Below, piece after piece: positions 18,381-28,774 of a stretch of 64,000 bases of DNA. Below the pieces are notes generated by a model. The model did not search any database. It was not told the DNA's origin and saw only the letters and a list, made by a program, of their open reading frames with translations. Made by a program: the position numbers and the translations under genes. This DNA comes from an uncultured Gemmatimonadales bacterium (lineage in GTDB: Bacteria > Gemmatimonadota > Gemmatimonadetes > Longimicrobiales > Gaopeijiaceae), in contig CAWELD010000003.1 of the NCBI GenBank assembly GCA_963809895.1, positions 1,184,001 to 1,248,000 on the forward strand, in the 5' to 3' direction. How positions within the stretch are numbered: position 1 is the first letter of the stretch; each line of letters starts with the position of its first letter.

Positions 18381-19631
18381 TTGCTGGACCGCGTCGCCAA
18401 GCTGCTCGACACTCCCCCCGAGGTCGTCGCCCTGTCCTTCGCGCGCATGGCCGATGCGCTGGGCAACAGCCTCATCATCATCCTTCTGCCGCTCTACATC
18501 GCCCGGGAGCCGTCGCCCTGGTTCGACTTCCCCACGGAGTTCCTCGTGGGTCTGGCGATCTCGCTGTACGGATTCCTGTTCGCCCTGGGCCAGCCTTTCG
18601 CGGGTGCCCTGACGGATCGTGTGGGCCGGCGCCGTCCGTTCATCCTGGGTGGCCTGGCGATCATGGCCGCAGCCACCATCGGCCTCATGTTCGTGCACCG
18701 TTACGCCTGGATCTTCGGGCTCCGGGGAATCCAGGGGCTCGGCGTCGCGCTCATCATCCCGGCCACTCTGGCGCTCATCACCGGCGTGACCCGGAAGCAC
18801 AATCGCGGCCACGCCATGGGCGTCTACAGCACGTTTCGCATGGCCGGCTTCGCCACCGGGCCCCTGCTGGCCGGCGTCCTGCAGGTCCACTTCGGATTCA
18901 ACGCCGCCTTCCTCGTCGGCGGCGCCTTCCTGGCCATCGCCTTCATGCTCGTCTACTTCACGGTCGACGAGCCCGGGGGCTCCCGCGAAGAGGCAGCGGG
19001 GTCCACGTCCGCGTCACTCATCGAAAGCCGCGGCCGCTCGGGGTTCTGGCCGTCCCAGAGCATTCTGACGCTCATGTTCGCCACCGTCATTCTGGCGGCC
19101 TCGCTCTCCATGATCTCGGCGCTGGAGAACGAGTTCAACGCTCGCCTCTCGCAAACCGCCATCGGCTTCGGAGTCGCCTTCAGCGCGCTCACGGTGTCGC
19201 GGCTGCTGGTCCAGATCCCCGTGGGCACCTGGTCCGACCACATCGGCCGCAAGAAGCTGATCGTGGGCGGTCTGCTCGCTCTCGCACCCATCACGGTGCT
19301 CTTCGGCTACGTGGACAGCACCCTGCAGCTCGTGGGGGTTCGTATCGTTCAGGGCATCGCCACCGCCGCGGTGGCGGCGCCAGCGTTCGCCCTGGCCGGT
19401 GACCTGGCTCCGGCCGGCAGCGAGGGCCGCGAGATGAGCTTCGTGACCATGGGCTTCGGCCTGGGCCTCGGTGCCGGCCCCCTGCTCGCGGGCTGGCTGG
19501 CCGGTTACCTGGGCTTCGCGGTGCCCTTCTACGTCGTGGGCGCGCTGTCGGCGCTTGCGGCCTTCGCCGTGTGGCGCTTCGCGCGTGAGAGCATCACCGC
19601 CGGCGAGGCCGTGCAAGCCACCGGCGATTGA
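18381..19631 (+). CDS. MFS transporter
   Basis: About 12 TM segments; motif A GALTDRVGRR and GTWSDHIGRKK. Confidence 0.9.
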   Translation: MLDRVAKLLDTPPEVVALSFARMADALGNSLIIILLPLYIAREPSPWFDFPTEFLVGLAISLYGFLFALGQPFAGALTDRVGRRRPFILGGLAIMAAATIGLMFVHRYAWIFGLRGIQGLGVALIIPATLALITGVTRKHNRGHAMGVYSTFRMAGFATGPLLAGVLQVHFGFNAAFLVGGAFLAIAFMLVYFTVDEPGGSREEAAGSTSASLIESRGRSGFWPSQSILTLMFATVILAASLSMISALENEFNARLSQTAIGFGVAFSALTVSRLLVQIPVGTWSDHIGRKKLIVGGLLALAPITVLFGYVDSTLQLVGVRIVQGIATAAVAAPAFALAGDLAPAGSEGREMSFVTMGFGLGLGAGPLLAGWLAGYLGFAVPFYVVGALSALAAFAVWRFARESITAGEAVQATGD

Positions 19632-19634
19632 GCG

Positions 19635-22328
19635 GTGTCCAACTCCGTCCACGGCGAGGCACAGCCACCGGAGCCGGATCGCAGTCCCGTGAGCGATCCC
19701 TGGCACACACGGTCCGCCTCCGAGGTCCTGACGCTCCTGGACGCGTCGGCCGACGGGCTCACCACCGCCGAAGCGAACGCTCGCCTCGAGCGGCACGGAC
19801 CCAATGTCCTGAGCGCGCAGGCACCGGCCTCGGTGTGGTCGCTGTTGCTGGCTCAGTTCCAGAGCGTCGTGGTGCTCCTCCTGGTGGCGGCGGCCGTCGT
19901 GGCGCTCGCGGTCGGGGATCTTCTCGAGGCCGCGGCCATCGCGGCGGTGCTCCTCGTGAACACGGTGATCGGCTTCGTCGTCGAGCTGCGCGCGCGCCGA
20001 GCCATGGAGGCGTTGCTCCGCCACCAGGTGCCCGAGGCGGCCGCCGTCCGTGACGGCGCGCTCCGCCGCATTCCCGCCGATGGCCTGGTGCCCGGCGACG
20101 TCATCGAAGTGGGCGAAGGCGAGGCGGTACCCGCGGACGCGCGCCTGCTGGAGGCGTCCGGAGTCCGTACCACCGAAGCCGCGCTCACGGGCGAGTCCAC
20201 CCCGGTGGACAAGTCGGTGGAGCCGGTGACGGACCCGGACACGCCCCTCGCCGAGCGCGCCCCCATGCTGTACGCAGGCACCGCGGTGGCCATCGGACGC
20301 GCCCGCGCCGTGGTGGTCGCTACGGGCGCCGACACCGAGCTCGGCCGCATCGGACGACTGCTCGAAGACATCGAAGACGAGCAGACACCGCTGGAGCGGC
20401 GGCTCGATGTCCTGGGCCGCAGGCTCGTCTGGGTGACGCTCGGAATTGCCGCGGTCGTGGTGGCTGTCGGAGTCCTGCAGGGCACGGATTTCGAACGCAT
20501 GATCGAGACCGGGCTCGCACTCGCCATCGCCGCGGTTCCCGAAGGACTGCCGGCCGTGGCCACGATCGCCCTCGCCATCGGGCTGCGCCGGATGGCTCGG
20601 CGACAGGTCATGGTGCGACGCCTCGGCGCGGTGGAGGCGCTGGGATCCACGACCGTGGTGTGTACGGACAAGACGGGCACGCTCACGGCCGGCGAGATGA
20701 CCGTGACGTCGATCGTCACCCCCATGGCCGAGCTCGCCGTGACCGGGTCGGGCTACGAGGACGATGGCCGCATCGAGCTCGACGGTGGCGAGGCCGCGCC
20801 CGCGGAGGTCCCCGGCCTCGACGCGCTCCTCTCCGCGGCGGCGCTCACGCCAAGGGCGCGCTTCGAGCCCGACGGGCAGCTCACCGGTGATCCCACGGAC
20901 GCGGCCCTCCTGGTTCTGGCCCGCAAGGGCGGGCGCGAACCCGACCGCATGCGCGACGCCCTCCCGCTGGTGGGCGAAGTACCCTTCTCGAGCGAGACGC
21001 GCCTGAGCGCCTCCCTCCACCGTGACGGCGGAGGTACCGTCGCGTACGTGAAGGGCGCTCCCGGCCCGGTTCTGGAACGGTGCCGAAGCATCGCGGGCAC
21101 GCATGGCCCCAGCCCCCTCGACGACGACCTTCGCACCCGTCTGAGAGAGCGGAACCAGGAGCTGGCGCGGGAGGGGCTGCGGGTGATCGCCCTCGCCGAG
21201 GCCCACGACGTGCCCGATCCGGACACGGTGCCCGATACACTCACGTTCCTGGGCCTGATCGGCATGATGGATCCGCCGGCGGAGGGCGTCGAGAGCACGA
21301 TCCGCGAGCTGCGGGCGGCCGGCATCCGTACCGTGATGATCACGGGAGATCAGGCGGCCACCGCTGCCGCGGTCGCGGGATCTCTCGGAATGGCCGAAGC
21401 GGACGGCGAGCCCCTGGACGGACGCGCACTCGCGCGCATGGACGACGCCGAGCTCGCGGAGGCCGTAGGAAGTACCGCCATCTTCAGCAGGGTGAGCCCC
21501 GACGACAAGCTGCGCATCGTGGCGGCATTGCGCGCTCGCGGCGAAATCGTGGCGATGCTCGGCGACGGCGTCAACGACGCCGCGGCGCTCAAACGCGCCG
21601 ACGTGGGGGTGGCCATGGGAATGCGTGGTACGGACGTCGCCAAGGAGACGGCCGACCTGGTCCTGCAGGACGACCGCTTTCCGACCATCGCCGCGGCGGT
21701 GGAAGAAGGCCGGGTCATCTTCGACAACATCCGCAAGTTCGTCTATTATCTCTTCAGCTGTAACGTGGCGGAGCTGCTGGTGGTGATGGCCGGGAGTGTG
21801 GCGGGGCTCCCTCTGCCCCTGCTCCCCCTCCAGATCCTCTGGCTAAACCTGGTCACGGACACCTTCCCGGCACTGGCGCTCGCCGTCGAACCCGGCGAGA
21901 CGGGGGTGATGAAGAGAGCACCGCGGGACCCGGAATCGGCGATCCTGTCGCGCCGCTTCGTGGCGTCGCTCAGCATCTTCGCGCTGCTCATCACGGGCTC
22001 GACCCTCGGTGCCTTCGTCTGGGCGCTCGGCACCGGGCCCCACGAGCGCGCGGTGACCGTGGCCTTCATGACGCTCGCCCTGGCGCAGCTCTTCCACCTG
22101 GGCAACGCGCGCAGCCGCCGGCCCGTGATCCGACCATCGCGCATGCTCGCCAACCGCTGGGCGCTGGGCGCCGTCGTGCTCGTGCTGACACTCCAACTCC
22201 TCGCTGTCTACTGGCCACCCCTCGCCACCGTCCTGCGCACCACGCCACTCGGGCTCGGCGACTGGACCGTCGTGCTGGGACTGTCCCTGGTACCCGCCGT
22301 GGTCGGCCAGATCTGGCGGGGGCTGTGA
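19635..22328 (+). CDS. Cation-transporting P-type ATPase (type IIA, Ca2+-like)
   Basis: [41 protein letters not shown]. Confidence 0.95.
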   Translation: MSNSVHGEAQPPEPDRSPVSDPWHTRSASEVLTLLDASADGLTTAEANARLERHGPNVLSAQAPASVWSLLLAQFQSVVVLLLVAAAVVALAVGDLLEAAAIAAVLLVNTVIGFVVELRARRAMEALLRHQVPEAAAVRDGALRRIPADGLVPGDVIEVGEGEAVPADARLLEASGVRTTEAALTGESTPVDKSVEPVTDPDTPLAERAPMLYAGTAVAIGRARAVVVATGADTELGRIGRLLEDIEDEQTPLERRLDVLGRRLVWVTLGIAAVVVAVGVLQGTDFERMIETGLALAIAAVPEGLPAVATIALAIGLRRMARRQVMVRRLGAVEALGSTTVVCTDKTGTLTAGEMTVTSIVTPMAELAVTGSGYEDDGRIELDGGEAAPAEVPGLDALLSAAALTPRARFEPDGQLTGDPTDAALLVLARKGGREPDRMRDALPLVGEVPFSSETRLSASLHRDGGGTVAYVKGAPGPVLERCRSIAGTHGPSPLDDDLRTRLRERNQELAREGLRVIALAEAHDVPDPDTVPDTLTFLGLIGMMDPPAEGVESTIRELRAAGIRTVMITGDQAATAAAVAGSLGMAEADGEPLDGRALARMDDAELAEAVGSTAIFSRVSPDDKLRIVAALRARGEIVAMLGDGVNDAAALKRADVGVAMGMRGTDVAKETADLVLQDDRFPTIAAAVEEGRVIFDNIRKFVYYLFSCNVAELLVVMAGSVAGLPLPLLPLQILWLNLVTDTFPALALAVEPGETGVMKRAPRDPESAILSRRFVASLSIFALLITGSTLGAFVWALGTGPHERAVTVAFMTLALAQLFHLGNARSRRPVIRPSRMLANRWALGAVVLVLTLQLLAVYWPPLATVLRTTPLGLGDWTVVLGLSLVPAVVGQIWRGL

Positions 22329-22348
22329 GCCCGCGGAGGATGCCTTCG

Positions 22349-24670
22349 ATGAGAACGCTTGCTGTCGTCGTCTTCTGGCTCGCCGCACCCGTCGTGTTGG
22401 CTGCGTCCGCCCCACCCGTGGCCGCCCAGCAACCTCCCCGACTGGGCGAAGCCCCGCTGGACGCCGTGATCGGGGCGATGTCCCTCCAGGAGAAGGCCCA
22501 GGTGCTGGTGGGGCTGAGCACGCGCTTCCGGGACACGCTCGCTGCGGCGGACCAGCTCCCGGTGAAGGTGCCCGGCGCCGCAGGGCGCACGCACCCCTTT
22601 CCCCGCCTCGGAATCCCTTCGCTGACCCTGTCCGACGGGCCTGCCGGCGTGCGCATCCAGCCGATCCGGGAGGGGGACAGCACCCGGACCTACTACGCCA
22701 CCGCGTTCCCTGTCTCGACGCTCATGGCATCGACCTGGGACACGGCGCTGGTGCGCACCGTGGGTGAGGCCTTCGGCGGCGAGGTACGGGAGTACGGCAT
22801 CGACTTCCTGCTGGCGCCTGCCATGAACATCCACCGAAATCCCCTGGGAGGGCGCAACTTCGAATACTACTCCGAGGACCCCCTCGTGTCGGGCCGGATC
22901 GCGGGTGCGTTCGTGCGGGGAGTCCAGTCGCAGGGAGTCGGTGCCACCATCAAGCACTTCGTGGCCAACAACCAGGAGTTCAACCGCACCCGGCTGAACA
23001 CGATCGTCGACGAGCGGACGCTCCGCGAGATCTATCTGCGGGGATTCGAGATCGCCGTGGAAGAGTCGCAGCCCTGGGCGGTCATGTCGTCCTACAATCT
23101 GGTGAACGGGACCTACACCGCCGAGGACCGGCGTCTGCTCACCGACATCCTCAGGGGTGAGTGGGGATTCCGGGGATTCGTCATGACCGACTGGGGTGGC
23201 GGTCAGGACCCGGTGGCGCAGATGGATGCCGGCAACGACGTGCTCATGCCCGGCAATCCCTCGCAGGTGGAGGCGATCGTTCAGGCGGTAGCGGACGGGC
23301 GGCTGAGTGAGTCGCAACTGGACGAGAACGTGTGGCGATTCCTCCGGATCATGCTGCGTACGCCGTCGTTCCAGGACTACTCCTACTCCGACCACCCCGA
23401 CCTGGCGATGCACGCCCGCATCGCTCGCGAGGCGGCCGCTCAGGGGATGGTCCTGTTGGAGAACGACGACGCCACGCTGCCGCTGGTGTCGGGGCTCCAC
23501 GTAGCGCTGATCGGCAACACCTCCTACGACCTGATCCTCGGGGGCACCGGAAGTGGGAGCGTCAACGAGGCGTATTCGGTCTCGCTGGACCGCGGGCTCA
23601 CCGATGCCGGCTACACGGTGGACGCGCCCCTCAGTGAGCAATACGCGCGCTACCTCGACGAGCAGAGGGCCGCCCAGGCGTCACAGGCGCGCGGGCTCCG
23701 CGGCCGGGCGCCGATTCCGGAGTTGGCGGTGAGCGAATCCGCACTGGCGGCGGCGGCGGCGCGCAGCGACGTGGCCGTGCTGACGCTGGGGCGCAATTCC
23801 GGCGAGGGTCGGGACCGGGAGGTGGAGGACGACTTCCTGCTCACCGACATCGAGCAGACGCTCGTGCAGCAGGTCAGCGACGCCTTCCACGAAGCCGGCA
23901 AGAAAGTCGTGGTGGTGCTGAACGTGCCGGGCCCCGTGGAGGTCGCCAGCTGGCGTGGTAATGCCGACGCCATTCTGCTCGCGCTGCAACCGGGCCAGGA
24001 AGGCGGTCACGCCATGGCCGACGTGCTCAGCGGCCAGGTGAATCCCTCGGGCCACCTCGCCACCACCTTCCCCATGCGCTACGCCGACGTGCCCTCGGCA
24101 GGCTCCTTTCCGGGTCATGAGCTTCCGGCCCCGGCTGATTCGACGGCTCGAGGCCGGAGGGGGCGGGCCTCAGAAGTCACCTATGATGAAGGCCTCTATG
24201 TCGGCTATAGACATTACGATACCGATGACGTCGACCCCGCGTATCCCTTCGGTTACGGCCTCTCGTACACGCGCTTCTCGCTGGGGGATCTCCAGGTGGA
24301 AGCTCCCGGGAGCGACGGTGAAGCCGTGCGGGCCACGGTGACCGTGACGAACATCGGCGACGTCCCGGGGCGGCAGGTCGTACAGGTGTACGTGGCGGCG
24401 CCGGCGGGCGGACTGAACAAGCCCCCGCAGGAACTGAGGGCCTTCCAGAAGACGGCGCTCCTCGCGCCGGGCGCATCGCAGACGCTGACGTTCACGCTCA
24501 CGCCCCGGGATCTGGCCTCGTGGGATCCGGTGGTGGCCGACTGGGTGGCGGCCGCCGGCACCTACGAGCTGAGGATCGGCACGTCGTCCCGCGACACCCC
24601 GGCGCGGGCGAGCTTCGAGATGCCGCGTGCCGTCAGCGCGGGCGCCGGGTCCATGCGGCGCCCGCGCTGA
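22349..24670 (+). CDS. Secreted GH3 beta-glucosidase
   Basis: Signal peptide, SDGPAG, GGRNFEYYSEDP, KHFVAN, VMTDW, FGYGLSYT, Fn3-like tail. Confidence 0.93.
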   Translation: MRTLAVVVFWLAAPVVLAASAPPVAAQQPPRLGEAPLDAVIGAMSLQEKAQVLVGLSTRFRDTLAAADQLPVKVPGAAGRTHPFPRLGIPSLTLSDGPAGVRIQPIREGDSTRTYYATAFPVSTLMASTWDTALVRTVGEAFGGEVREYGIDFLLAPAMNIHRNPLGGRNFEYYSEDPLVSGRIAGAFVRGVQSQGVGATIKHFVANNQEFNRTRLNTIVDERTLREIYLRGFEIAVEESQPWAVMSSYNLVNGTYTAEDRRLLTDILRGEWGFRGFVMTDWGGGQDPVAQMDAGNDVLMPGNPSQVEAIVQAVADGRLSESQLDENVWRFLRIMLRTPSFQDYSYSDHPDLAMHARIAREAAAQGMVLLENDDATLPLVSGLHVALIGNTSYDLILGGTGSGSVNEAYSVSLDRGLTDAGYTVDAPLSEQYARYLDEQRAAQASQARGLRGRAPIPELAVSESALAAAAARSDVAVLTLGRNSGEGRDREVEDDFLLTDIEQTLVQQVSDAFHEAGKKVVVVLNVPGPVEVASWRGNADAILLALQPGQEGGHAMADVLSGQVNPSGHLATTFPMRYADVPSAGSFPGHELPAPADSTARGRRGRASEVTYDEGLYVGYRHYDTDDVDPAYPFGYGLSYTRFSLGDLQVEAPGSDGEAVRATVTVTNIGDVPGRQVVQVYVAAPAGGLNKPPQELRAFQKTALLAPGASQTLTFTLTPRDLASWDPVVADWVAAAGTYELRIGTSSRDTPARASFEMPRAVSAGAGSMRRPR

Positions 24671-24694
24671 AGGCGCGGTTCAGCCAGCCCACCT

Positions 24695-25237
24695 CTACCG
24701 CGAACGACAGATGTCGCCGTCGAAGGTGGTGTGGTTGTCTTCGCTGCGGAACGTGCCGCTTCCGGTCGCTCCGTCGAAACGCCCCGTGCCGCCGTCGATC
24801 TCGTAGGTCCCGACCCCGCTGGGAACTGGCCCCGGGAAGAAGTCGCCCGTGTACGTGAAGACGAGCTCATCGCCGTTGGCTGCCGTGAAGGTCCCGCCCC
24901 CGTCGAAGACGGCCCCCTCCGACGTGAAGGTGACCACGGCGCTGGCCGAGGAGGTGTAGCGGCCCAGGTGTGTGGCCGTTCCTTCTCCGGTCAGCGTGAT
25001 GGCGAGCGGGGTAGGTGGCGGACCTCCCGAGACCTCGAACGAACCCGGGCTCCCATTGACCTTGAACGGGACGCAAACCGGGGAGGCGGCGTCGCGCGCC
25101 GCGACGGTGGACCCGACCACGGCGGCAGTGCCGGGGCCCTCGGTCGTGACTCGATCGGGCACGACCGGGTCTCGTCCACAGCCCACCATGAACGTCGGCA
25201 CGAGCAAGATTCCGAAGGCGACTGAGTGCTTCAGCAT
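24695..25237 (-). CDS. Hypothetical lipoprotein (beta-rich)
   Basis: RBS GAGGAGG, lipobox MVGC, ATHLG, TAANGDEL, GGTGRFDGATGSG. Confidence 0.7.
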   Translation of the reverse strand: MLKHSVAFGILLVPTFMVGCGRDPVVPDRVTTEGPGTAAVVGSTVAARDAASPVCVPFKVNGSPGSFEVSGGPPPTPLAITLTGEGTATHLGRYTSSASAVVTFTSEGAVFDGGGTFTAANGDELVFTYTGDFFPGPVPSGVGTYEIDGGTGRFDGATGSGTFRSEDNHTTFDGDICRSR

Positions 25238-25338
25238 GATCCCTCCTCGCAGTAGCGGGAACCTGCAGCCGCGCACCACATGCGATGCGTGACTGATTCA
25301 GGAGGAATCTCGATCCCTGTAACGGGGTGGGATATTAC

Positions 25339-25391
25339 GGGAACGTGGGATCAGGGCCCGTCGGCATCCCGGGATTCCGGGATTCTGGGAT
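25339..25391. promoter_or_regulatory. 8-bp periodic GGGAT array, putative LuxR-type binding sites
   Basis: GGGAA/GGGAT at 25339, 25347, 25371, 25379 and 25387, degenerate at 25355 and 25363; lies between the LuxR gene and the lipoprotein gene. Confidence 0.55.
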
Positions 25392-26416
25392 CAGAAGTCC
25401 GCCGGGCTGCGTTCGAGGGCGTAGCGCACGGCTTGTGCGCGGCCGGCAACGCCGAGCTTCTGGTAGATGTGCGTCAGGTGTCTGGTGACCGTGTTCACGC
25501 TGATGAAGAGTCGCTCGGCGATCTCCGAGTTCTTCGCGCCTTCCACGACGAGACCCAACACCTCGCGCTCACGTGGAGAGAGTTCGTCGAGTCCGCTGGC
25601 CATACCCTGGCCGAGCCCCACCAGCGTGAGGATGGCATCGAGCTCGTCGTCGCCGGGCGCCCCGTCCGCCGTATGGCACACGACGAGACGCGCGCCGTGG
25701 ATCCCAGCGGCGAGTTCCCGGTTCCGCTCCTCACTGGCGAGCGAGTTCGAGCTGTCGTGGAAGATCAGAGTGGGCGCCTTCACCCGTTGGAGGTATGCGT
25801 CCACGTCCCACGCTCGCCGGGCCCGCAGAAACTCGAGAAACTCGGCCTGGGTGGTGGCATCTCGCACCACCTCGGCCCAGCGTCGGGCCTCGTCCGCGTC
25901 GCGCCACCCCAGTGCCGCCTGGCTCACGGACTCGGTGAAGAGCTCCCAGTCCGTCGCCGCCATCTGAAACAACGCGCTCAGGCGGGGCGCCTGTCCGTGG
26001 GCGGCGTCGCGGGCGAAGCTGCTCCACAAGACGAGATGCGACACGCGCGCAGGGTTCTGCGCCGCCCACGCGATCGCCGGCAAACCGCCACTCAGCCACC
26101 CCAGCAACACGATGGGCTCGTCGGATACTCTCCCGGCGACGGCGTCGATATCGCGGGCCAGGGCGTCGATGGTCTGCGTGCCGACACCGCGACTCGAAAG
26201 TCCACCCCCCCGGTGGTCGAACCGGACCACCGTGAAGCGGCGGGAGAGGTGCGAGTACCAGCGCCGCATCCCCTCCACCGACCACTCCGACTGCGCGTGG
26301 CCGAGCTGCACGTTGGGCGTGTGCAGCAGCACCGGTCCCCGCCCGAGCTTCCAGTAGGCGATGTCTGCGCCATCGCTCGTACGCACGTAGCGGACCGACG
26401 GGGGAATCGAAGGCAT
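25391..26416 (-). CDS. Alpha/beta-hydrolase-fold + LuxR HTH transcriptional regulator
   Basis: RTSDGADIAY, FDHRGGGLS; C-terminal LSPREREVL..GAKNSEIAERLFISVNTVTRHLTHIYQKLGV. Confidence 0.9.
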   Translation of the reverse strand: MPSIPPSVRYVRTSDGADIAYWKLGRGPVLLHTPNVQLGHAQSEWSVEGMRRWYSHLSRRFTVVRFDHRGGGLSSRGVGTQTIDALARDIDAVAGRVSDEPIVLLGWLSGGLPAIAWAAQNPARVSHLVLWSSFARDAAHGQAPRLSALFQMAATDWELFTESVSQAALGWRDADEARRWAEVVRDATTQAEFLEFLRARRAWDVDAYLQRVKAPTLIFHDSSNSLASEERNRELAAGIHGARLVVCHTADGAPGDDELDAILTLVGLGQGMASGLDELSPREREVLGLVVEGAKNSEIAERLFISVNTVTRHLTHIYQKLGVAGRAQAVRYALERSPADF

Positions 26417-26545
26417 GGTGGTTCATCCTACCCGGACGCGGCGCGTCGCAGCAAGGAACGGATAGCGATGACGCGTCCCCGAGATCGGCGGCCTACGTCC
26501 GGCAGCGGTCGGAGAGGGTGGTGGTGAGCCGGTCGGTGGTCCCGC

Positions 26546-27042
26546 TCATCGGCCTCGCCTCGCTTCCAGCGCTCCCCGCCAGTTCTGCACGACCATGATC
26601 CTGGCCCTGTGCAGATCCCCTTTGAAACGCAGGAACAGGAAGCCCTGGTCATCGAGGAGAACCTCATACGTCACGTGGGGATCGCCTCCCGGTCCAACCT
26701 CGCCCGCAGCGTCTCCCCCTCGATGTACGGCATCACGTAGTAGAGGAAGCCGTCGGCCGTGCCAGAGTCGAAGAGCGGCAGGATGTTGGGGTGCTGAAGC
26801 TGGGCCGTGGTGGCGATCTCCTGGAGGAACCGCTCGGCGCCCAACACGGCGGCCAGCTCGGGCTTGAGGACCTTGATGGCGACCTTGCGATTGTGCTTCA
26901 GGTCCTCCGTCAGGTAGACCGTGGCCATGCCGCCCTCACCCAGCTCACGCTCGATGCGGTAGCGGCCGGAGAGTGCCGCGTTCAGGCGGTCGGGCACGTA
27001 CCCGGAGCCGCCTTCATCCCGGGGCGGATCAGGAGGGGGCAT
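26546..27042 (-). pseudogene. Ser/Thr protein kinase with a large internal deletion
   Basis: N-lobe (LGEGGMATVY, VAIKVL, LQHPNIL) stops after LDRE; another frame continues TYEVLLDDQGFLFLR..IMVVQNW..stop, resembling the C-terminus of propeller-tailed kinases. Confidence 0.78.
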
Positions 27043-27065
27043 GCAGGTACTCTACCCGGTTTCGC

Positions 27066-27467
27066 TCATTCGCGCCTCCCGCTTCCCGCGCCCGGACCCT
27101 TCGGGGCTGCACCGCCGCGGCTCCTTGCCTCGCCCTCCACTCCACCGCCACTCCCTCCCCCTCCCCTCGGCCGGGACCGGTCCTCGGGCGCGGGGCGGTC
27201 CGGGGCAACGACCGGATGCTCCTTCAGGGTACGGAGCAGCTCCTGGACGCCGCGCTCGATCTGCGGATCGCGGCCTTCGGCCAGGGCCGTGACGTCCTCG
27301 GGTACATCGATGTCGGGATCGACGCCGTGGCCCTCCGCAAACCACGTACCGTCGTCTCCGTAGATCCGGAACGTCGGAACGATGACAAGACCGCCGTCCA
27401 CCAGCTGAGGATTCCCGCTGTACCCGATGAGACCGCCCCACGTCCGGGTACCGACGATCGGGCCCAG
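27066..27467 (-). pseudogene. C-terminal fragment of tricorn-like S41 protease
   Basis: LGPIVGTRTWGGLIG, LVDGG, EGHGVDPDIDV, GRDPQIERGV; rest of the gene absent. Confidence 0.8.
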
Positions 27468-27518
27468 GTGCGAGACCATCGGGATCGAGAGGTTGCGCCC
27501 GTACCGGCTCGCCAGCCA

Positions 27519-27608
27519 GGAGCGGGCGCCGCCCTGTTCGCCTCCGACTCGGGGTTCGAGATCCACCCAATCGACCTCCCAACGAGCGACGGGGCCGAGG
27601 TGAGCCAC
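27519..27608 (-). pseudogene. N-terminal fragment of PemK/MazF toxin
   Basis: RWEVDWVDLEPRVGGEQGGAR resembles the MazF N-terminal motif (..DL.P..G.EQ.G.RP). Confidence 0.65.
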
Positions 27609-27611
27609 GCG

Positions 27612-27722
27612 CTACTCGCCGTCCTCGAGACCGTCCCTCGCCGTCGACTCGAACTCCCGCGTCACTTCCGCCATCTCGGCTGCGAACGAGGGGTCTTCGG
27701 CCGCCGCAGCGTATGCATCCCC
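27612..27722 (-). pseudogene. C-terminal fragment of a cognate antitoxin
   Basis: GDAYAAAAEDPSFAAEMAEVTREFESTARDGLEDGE-stop, acidic tail ending 3 nt before the toxin GTG; no start codon for the lost N-terminus. Confidence 0.55.
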
Positions 27723-27810
27723 CGTCGCCGGCCCGCCCTTTCGCCCCGCCGGCTCATGTCGCTAGTGTCTCGTGCACCGACACCTGAGCCACCCCGCCCC
27801 TCGACGGTCC

Positions 27811-28593
27811 ATGTCCCACGACCACCGCCTCCGGCCCCGAGAGCACGGGGCCTACGCCATGTTGACGTTCCCGGTGGTCTCCGGTCTGGTGATGGGCGGC
27901 CTCTCGTGGTCCGGAACCGCGTTCGCGGCCCTCGCCGTCGTGGGCTTCCTGGCACACGAGTCGGTGCTCGTGGTGCTTGGGGCTCGGGGCGAGCGCATCC
28001 GCTCGAAGGAGGCCGCGCACGCCCGACGGAGGTTGCTTGGCCTCGCCGGCGCCGCCGTGGTGGCCGCCGGCATCTTCGCGGTGACGGCTCCACCCGATGC
28101 CTGGCGCGCGGCGCCGCTGTCGGGGGTGCTGGCGGCGGGGGTGGGCGCGCTCCTGGTGGCCCGGAAGACGAAGTCTCTCCCCGGCGAGATCCTGGTGGCC
28201 GCGACGTTTTCGTCGGTTCATGCCGTTCTCGCGGCCGCCGGCGGCGCCAACGCCCGGGTGACGTACCTTCCCCTGGCCGCGTGGGTCGTGTGTTTCACGC
28301 TGGCCACCCTCTCCGTGCACGCCCTCAAGTATCGCTTCAAGCGTCGGGGGCCCGGACGGTGGACCGTGGCCGCTGCGCCCATCCTGGCGAGCACCGTCGT
28401 CGTTCTCGGCGTCGTGGACGTGGCATCGCCGTATCCCCTGGGAGTCGTCGCGGCGGCGGCACTCCCCAAGGCCATGGCGGTCCTGCTGCTCTCCATCCTT
28501 CCCGCCAACCCGCGGCACCTGAAGCGAGTGGGGTGGACCTTCGTGGTGGCCGATGTGCTGACACTGGTCGTGTTGGTCTCGACAGTGACATAG
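27811..28593 (+). CDS. YwiC-like membrane protein
   Basis: PREHGAYAML N-terminal motif, multiple TM helices, KRVGW near the C-terminus. Confidence 0.75.
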   Translation: MSHDHRLRPREHGAYAMLTFPVVSGLVMGGLSWSGTAFAALAVVGFLAHESVLVVLGARGERIRSKEAAHARRRLLGLAGAAVVAAGIFAVTAPPDAWRAAPLSGVLAAGVGALLVARKTKSLPGEILVAATFSSVHAVLAAAGGANARVTYLPLAAWVVCFTLATLSVHALKYRFKRRGPGRWTVAAAPILASTVVVLGVVDVASPYPLGVVAAAALPKAMAVLLLSILPANPRHLKRVGWTFVVADVLTLVVLVSTVT

Positions 28594-28774
28594 AGGACGG
28601 GCCGCCCGTGGGCGGCTTCAAGAACGTGTGGCGTATCGACTTCTATCGGTGTCCTCCCCGAGGTTCCGTGGCACCGTCGCTTCGCACAGGGCATGTGCGT
28701 CTCGCGCCCGCCCCATCGCCCCCGTTTCGGCAGGGAACTGGCGCTTTCGTCCCCTGCACCCTCGTATTGGGCCC

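Noticed and set aside
19014..21206. Long minus-strand ORFs here and at 30293-32452, 43374-45365 and 59293-61272
   Set aside because: Antisense or off-frame shadows of well-supported genes, typical of high-GC DNA; no motifs
27066..27608. Novel functional MazF-protease fusion protein
   Set aside because: Both parts lack most of their domains; better explained as a deletion chimera
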